Shown in pieces: positions 59,067 to 64,000 of a DNA stretch of 64,000 nucleotides. The notes beneath the pieces are model-generated. The model was not told where the DNA came from, did not search any database, and saw only the letters and a program-made list of their open reading frames with translations. The position numbers and the translations under genes are program-made. The stretch's first letter is position 1. The number at the start of each line of letters is the position of its first letter. The DNA comes from Minisyncoccia bacterium (GTDB lineage Bacteria > Patescibacteriota > Minisyncoccia > Phycocordibacterales > CAIZLB01). The stretch is from NCBI GenBank assembly GCA_041752275.1, contig JBGSHK010000012.1, positions 18,346 to 82,345 of the forward strand, read 5' to 3'.

Positions 59067-59712
59067 AGATAGTGTTTATGTATGTTTCTGCAAATTTTTT
59101 ATAACCAATTTTTTCTAGATATGGATCAAATATATGATTTAATTTTTTCCCTTCTTCGTTTTTATCATATTCCAAAGTTTCAATTATTAAAAATCTAGGT
59201 CTGAACTTATTCCAATCATTACTTTCTAATACCTCCATATCAAAACCTTCCGTGTCTATAGACATAATATCTATTTCTCTATTTGCAGCATGCTTTTCTA
59301 AAATATCTTTTAAAGGTGATATAAGAATCTTTATAGTTTTATCAAGTGGGTGCCCCATCTTTATGTATTTGTCTGCGGCATCATCATCAAAAGTTGAAAG
59401 TGTACTTTCTTTAAATATGTGAAAGTTCATAACTGAATCAGTTTTACCTATACCTACGTTTAGATTTACATCTCTTTTACGAAGTAGTTTGAATAGCCAC
59501 ATTCTCGAGTGGTTTGGTTCTATGTTTATTCCAGTCCAGCCTTTGTTATAAAACAAAAGAGTGTTGTTAAACTTGATAGGGTGGTTAGCTCCAATGTCCA
59601 CATAGAAACCATCTTTTTTGTTTGGCAGTAGGGATTCTATGATGAGGTCTTCACCGCATTGACTACTCACAAGTCTCAGCCCGAATATTTTTAATAGGAT
59701 TTTATTTAACAT
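59050..59712 (-). CDS. FkbM family methyltransferase
   Basis: SQ.GED, GFYVDIGANHP, GINIEP, SIDTEGFD.EVL. Confidence 0.92.
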   Translation of the reverse strand: MLNKILLKIFGLRLVSSQCGEDLIIESLLPNKKDGFYVDIGANHPIKFNNTLLFYNKGWTGINIEPNHSRMWLFKLLRKRDVNLNVGIGKTDSVMNFHIFKESTLSTFDDDAADKYIKMGHPLDKTIKILISPLKDILEKHAANREIDIMSIDTEGFDMEVLESNDWNKFRPRFLIIETLEYDKNEEGKKLNHIFDPYLEKIGYKKFAETYINTIYEKLH

Positions 59713-60487
59713 GGTTTTTTATTATTTTTTTCTTATATATTGATAACCATCCGATTGAATATTTTATAATAAGTGATATTTTACCAATAAGAGTTTGACT
59801 GTTTTCTTTTCCTATTAAAAGCATCTCTTTCAGTCCTTTTATTATTCCTCTTGCTGACTGTGAAGCCCCTAACTCTTCTTTTTTATAGTATCCAAAAACA
59901 ATATTTGAATATTCTATTTTTGGATTTGTTTTTAAAACCTTAACCCAAAAATCATAATCCCCAGCAACTTTATATTTTGTATTGAAACCATTAACTTTAT
60001 GAAAGAGTTCTCTTTTAAAAAAAACTCCAGGTTGTACCGGAATTCCTCCTGTATTTTTAAGTAAAGATTTTTTGTAAGTAAAAGGGAAGTCTGGTTTAAA
60101 AGTTTTAATAACATCACCGTCAATTACATCAACATAACCACATATAATATCAGTCTCAGGATTTGATTTAACTTTATTGAATATGTGTTCGTAAACCTTA
60201 TCATCGTAATAATTATCAGCATCAATCCAGGCAACAAATTGTCCAGTGGCTAGTCTAAAACCCTTATTCATTGCATCGGCTATACCTGTATCTTTTTCTG
60301 ACTGCCATACCATATTATATGTTCCTTGATATTTTTTTATTATATCTACTGTTTTGTCAGAAGATAATCCATCAACTATAATATGTTCAATATTTGGATT
60401 GTTTTGTTTTTTGATACTCAGTATACAGTTTTCAATTGTTTTCTCACTATTGAAAACTGGGGTTATGATTGATATTAATGGCTTCAT
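59702..60487 (-). CDS. Glycosyltransferase family 2
   Basis: ISIITPVFN, VDGLSSD, GIADAMNKG, DAD, DYDFW. Confidence 0.92.
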   Translation of the reverse strand: MKPLISIITPVFNSEKTIENCILSIKKQNNPNIEHIIVDGLSSDKTVDIIKKYQGTYNMVWQSEKDTGIADAMNKGFRLATGQFVAWIDADNYYDDKVYEHIFNKVKSNPETDIICGYVDVIDGDVIKTFKPDFPFTYKKSLLKNTGGIPVQPGVFFKRELFHKVNGFNTKYKVAGDYDFWVKVLKTNPKIEYSNIVFGYYKKEELGASQSARGIIKGLKEMLLIGKENSQTLIGKISLIIKYSIGWLSIYKKKIIKNHVK

Positions 60488-60493
60488 GGTATG

Positions 60494-61144
60494 TTATCTG
60501 TTTTTAATTGCTACTATATGATATGCATTCTTCGGATTGTTATATACAATCGGCTGACTCATGTCACAAATCATACCACCGATAGTTATTGGTTTTATTT
60601 TTGGAATCCATAACTCTTTTCTTAAAGCTTTTAATCCAGATAATCCGAAGCATTTGAATCCAAGATCTGTAAAATCCTTCACTGTCCAACCTGACAAATG
60701 TCTCTGGTAAATATTTTCATCATATGTATCTTGCTCAACAAAATCATTTGGAGTGATAATTATAATTTTTTTTGCAATCCTCTCTAGTTTTGGAAGGAAG
60801 GTGATAAAATCTTCTCTTTTGATATGTTCTACAACATCAACCATTATGGCACAGTCGAAAGAATCTTCAGGAAAGTCCACTGTTAATATATCTTGCTCGA
60901 TATATTTTGTATGTATTTTCTCCACATCTATGTTGTTTTGAATATATGGATGGAAAATATCAACCCCAACAGAATATAATTCTAAATCAGGCTCTTTTTT
61001 GAGCATCTTAATAGGGGAATGAGGGCCACACCCTAAGTCTAGAACCTTGTCTCCTTTTTTTATTTCTTGCCTAAATATCTTTTCGATGATTTGGTCAGTT
61101 GAAGGATATATTTTTCTAAATGCTGATTTGATTATTTTTTTCAT
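60494..61144 (-). CDS. Class I SAM-dependent methyltransferase
   Basis: VLDLGCG, SFD....DVVEH, IIITPN. Confidence 0.88.
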   Translation of the reverse strand: MKKIIKSAFRKIYPSTDQIIEKIFRQEIKKGDKVLDLGCGPHSPIKMLKKEPDLELYSVGVDIFHPYIQNNIDVEKIHTKYIEQDILTVDFPEDSFDCAIMVDVVEHIKREDFITFLPKLERIAKKIIIITPNDFVEQDTYDENIYQRHLSGWTVKDFTDLGFKCFGLSGLKALRKELWIPKIKPITIGGMICDMSQPIVYNNPKNAYHIVAIKNR

Positions 61145-61148
61145 ATAT

Positions 61149-62072
61149 TTATTTATTATTTAATATTATAGTTAACCCTTCTTCTAGTTTGACTGTAGCT
61201 TGCCAATTTAAATATTTCTTTGCTTTTTTTGTTGATAGTTTAAATCTCATCATCTCTCCATTCCTATCGGGAAGATAATGTGGGGTGGACTTTTTGTTTA
61301 GTATCATGGCTATTTTTGAATATAAATCATTAAGAGTTGTCTCTTTACTTGTTCCAATGTTAAATATCGGGGTATGTGTCCCGTCATTTTTATAGTCTAA
61401 GGCTGCAATATTAGCATTAGTTACATCATCAATAAAAACATAGTCTCTTGTTTTTGTACCATCTCCGTATATATTGGCTGATCTGTTATCTTTAATACTT
61501 CTAATATAATCAGCCATAGCACCACCTATTTGTCTTGGTCCATAGACCGTAGCGTATCGTAAAATTACATAATCTATATTATACGTTTTACCAAAGAATT
61601 CTAAATATTTTTCTGTTGAGGATTTGTTGATGATATAAGGATTATCAGGTATGATTTCATGATGTTCTGGTGTGGGTAAAATCTTTGTATTTCCATATAC
61701 AAAACCTGAAGATATTCCAATTATCTTTTTAACACCATATTTTTTAGAATTAAACATTATATTTAAATTTCCAACCAAACTTTTAATATCAAAAAGCGGA
61801 TCCTCTATAGATTTAGGTACAATAGTATTACATGCTAGGAGATAAACAATTTCTGGTTTCTCTTTTTTAATAATATCTTCAACTTTTGGATTATTAATAT
61901 CAATTTTATAAAACTTGGCTTTAGGGTTTATATTTTTTTTGTTTCCTGTACTTAGATTATCTATAATGATAACATTAGCCCCTTTTTCGATTAAGGTGTC
62001 TACAAGGTGAGAGCCTATGAATCCCGCACCACCTGTTACGAGTATTTTTTTATTTTTTAGTTTAGTTTTCAT
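61149..62072 (-). CDS. NAD-dependent epimerase/dehydratase (GalE-like)
   Basis: VTGGAGFIGSH, YIINK (YxxxK), VYGPRQ, GDGTKTRDYVF. Confidence 0.93.
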   Translation of the reverse strand: MKTKLKNKKILVTGGAGFIGSHLVDTLIEKGANVIIIDNLSTGNKKNINPKAKFYKIDINNPKVEDIIKKEKPEIVYLLACNTIVPKSIEDPLFDIKSLVGNLNIMFNSKKYGVKKIIGISSGFVYGNTKILPTPEHHEIIPDNPYIINKSSTEKYLEFFGKTYNIDYVILRYATVYGPRQIGGAMADYIRSIKDNRSANIYGDGTKTRDYVFIDDVTNANIAALDYKNDGTHTPIFNIGTSKETTLNDLYSKIAMILNKKSTPHYLPDRNGEMMRFKLSTKKAKKYLNWQATVKLEEGLTIILNNK

Positions 62073-63006
62073 GTTGTTTTAAGACTTTAAGGATGTTGTT
62101 TATTGCGTTTTCATAAGTATATGATTTTATAATCTCTTGCTGTTTTCTGATTATATCAAAATATTCAGTTTTTGAAAGAGATAATGTATTGTCTATTGTT
62201 TCTTCAATATTTTCACCCTCTATGAATGATTCACCGAGAATATCTTTAAATTTTTGAATGTTAGTAATACCAAGTTGTCCATATGAGATGTTTTTAAACA
62301 CCCTACAAGGTAAGTAGTCAACTTCTGTTTGAAATCGTCCCGCTATTGCAGGTGCAATCCTTGACCGTCTCACAAAAAAAGTATTTAAAAAATCAGGTAT
62401 AAACCTTAACTGTATAAATCTCAAACCATGTTTTTTTAAGGCATTTTTTAATTCATTTATTTCATTTAAGTTTCCTCTATTTAGAGTATCGTTCCAAACA
62501 CTACCAACCCAAAATACAAGCTTGTTTTTACTGAAAACTGGCTGTTTAAATTCTTTAGCTAATAAATCGGTACCCCAAGGTTGATACAGGGTTTTTGTAT
62601 TTTTATCAAAATAGGTAACAGGACCCCATTTTTCAATATCTGGAATCGTATTTACAATATTGTTATAGACTTGTAAAAACATAAGTTTATCTTTGGGTAA
62701 TTTTTTTAGAAATATATCTTTAAAATTATGAAGACAGTAAAAAACATCATCACGTACAGGAAGGTTATATTCTTCGAAGGTATGTTTTTCAGGCACCATT
62801 TTTCCGACAGGGTCTGCAGAAATTATTAAATCACCTGGAAGTATGTATTTTATACTTTTCTTTTCGTCTTCAATCCATAAAGTACTATAACCAAGTTTTT
62901 TTGCGTTTTTGTAAAATGCCTGATGGATATGGCGATGGGTGTGATACTTATTTTTGAGTCCCCAGATGACTATTCTTTTTATTTTATTATTTGCGATGTT
63001 GTTCAT
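62062..63006 (-). CDS. Hypothetical glycosyltransferase-like protein
   Basis: Located in the glycan cluster; YLPCRVFKNISYG-type C-terminal motif. Confidence 0.6.
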   Translation of the reverse strand: MNNIANNKIKRIVIWGLKNKYHTHRHIHQAFYKNAKKLGYSTLWIEDEKKSIKYILPGDLIISADPVGKMVPEKHTFEEYNLPVRDDVFYCLHNFKDIFLKKLPKDKLMFLQVYNNIVNTIPDIEKWGPVTYFDKNTKTLYQPWGTDLLAKEFKQPVFSKNKLVFWVGSVWNDTLNRGNLNEINELKNALKKHGLRFIQLRFIPDFLNTFFVRRSRIAPAIAGRFQTEVDYLPCRVFKNISYGQLGITNIQKFKDILGESFIEGENIEETIDNTLSLSKTEYFDIIRKQQEIIKSYTYENAINNILKVLKQHEN

Positions 63007-63011
63007 ATTAA

Positions 63012-63860
63012 TTAAATTTTAAAATGTTTTTTTATTTGTTCGGCATAATCTGTACAAATTGCATCAGGTTTTATTTTTAAAACTTTCTCTAATCTTTTAA
63101 ATACAGTTTCTATGTTTATTCCATCTGGGTGTTTTTCTGTAGATTGTAGCATTGGTGAAGTCGCGTGTAGCTCAGGAGAGACAATGGCAACTAAAAACCC
63201 CAAATCCTTGATATGTTTTATGTTTTCTTCATTATATAACTCCTTTTCTACTCCAGAATAATCTTTTTTATCCCATTCATCAAGCCAAACCCAATCAAAT
63301 AGATTTTTATATTTTTCCAGAGATTCAATGTTAATTAGTGTATTTTCAGTACTACTATTAAAACGCTCTATGTCAAAAGTATGAGAAACCGACGGGGCAA
63401 TTTTAATATTTTTGTTTTTTGATTTTATGTATTGTGCTATTTCTATTTTAATATCAAATAAAAAGAATTTACTTAAATCACTTAGTGAAATAATATCAAT
63501 TATTTTGTCAATATTTTCTAGGTTAGATTGTAATTGTCCCTTGATATGAATTGCAGATATTGAATGATTATTTTGATATTTATCCATATAGTTAAGAATC
63601 TCTTCAAGAGTAATGATATTGTATTTATTAATCTCAATATCTTTTAATTCTGTTTCTTCTATCATTCTAGTATCTTTTCCGTTGGATATACGTTTTAAAT
63701 CTGAATCATGTAAGACTATAACTTGCCGATCTTTTGTCAATTGTATGTCAAATTCTAAACCGAAACCTTTTTTAAGTTGATCTAAAAAAGCCTCTTCGGT
63801 ACTTTCTAGATAAGGGTTATCTTCAATAATATTTATACCTCTATGTGTTATAAGATTCAT
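63012..63860 (-). CDS. Glycerophosphodiester phosphodiesterase-like protein
   Basis: THRG, EFDIQLTKD..V..HD..L.R, DAICTDY. Confidence 0.8.
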   Translation of the reverse strand: MNLITHRGINIIEDNPYLESTEEAFLDQLKKGFGLEFDIQLTKDRQVIVLHDSDLKRISNGKDTRMIEETELKDIEINKYNIITLEEILNYMDKYQNNHSISAIHIKGQLQSNLENIDKIIDIISLSDLSKFFLFDIKIEIAQYIKSKNKNIKIAPSVSHTFDIERFNSSTENTLINIESLEKYKNLFDWVWLDEWDKKDYSGVEKELYNEENIKHIKDLGFLVAIVSPELHATSPMLQSTEKHPDGINIETVFKRLEKVLKIKPDAICTDYAEQIKKHFKI

Positions 63861-63880
63861 TTATGTATAATATGACTTAT

Positions 63881-64000
63881 TTATAAAACTATTTCTTTTT
63901 CATCAAGCTTTTTTATAAATTTATTTAAATCTTCTGGAGTGCCTAATCCATGTATTTTACTAACCTGTATTTTGTCGGTAGCAATTTTTTTATGTTTCAA
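63881..64000 (-). CDS. C-terminal fragment of a sugar nucleotidyltransferase-like protein (starts beyond the window)
   Basis: Manual translation ...KIHGLGTPEDLNKFIKKLDEKEIVL*. Confidence 0.6.
   Translation of the reverse strand: MKHKKIATDKIQVSKIHGLGTPEDLNKFIKKLDEKEIVL

Overview
AT-rich bacterial chromosome segment read in the standard genetic code. Gene content and promoter style suggest a Patescibacteria/CPR (Parcubacteria-like) genome (inference). The backbone carries housekeeping genes (eno, dus, dnaX, rnj, secG, typA, lepA, miaA, rpsP, mreB-mreC-PBP2, uvrC, frr, rseP), a CsoR-controlled copper operon, a MacAB-like exporter, three tRNAs (Arg-CCT, Leu-CAA, Glu-TTC) and a surface-glycan cluster at the right end. 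The main accessory feature is a ~11.85-kb island (29890-41739) inserted just downstream of tRNA-Glu. It holds (i) a DRT2-type antiviral reverse transcriptase with a structured upstream ncRNA, whose ACA-flanked 102-nt segment would yield a stop-free 'neo-like' 34-aa repeat if copied by rolling-circle reverse transcription, (ii) a ParB-methyltransferase/TerS/TerL module with no capsid or portal genes, (iii) a C4-like cloverleaf antisense RNA, and (iv) a large serine recombinase. Other notable signals: an orphan MazF-like toxin with a convergent candidate small RNA that has its own promoter and terminator, tRNA trailers carrying sequence antisense to their own T-arm, covarying 90-bp palindromic repeats, and pervasive leaderless-type promoters. 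All family assignments come from motif recognition by eye; no searches or folding programs were run.
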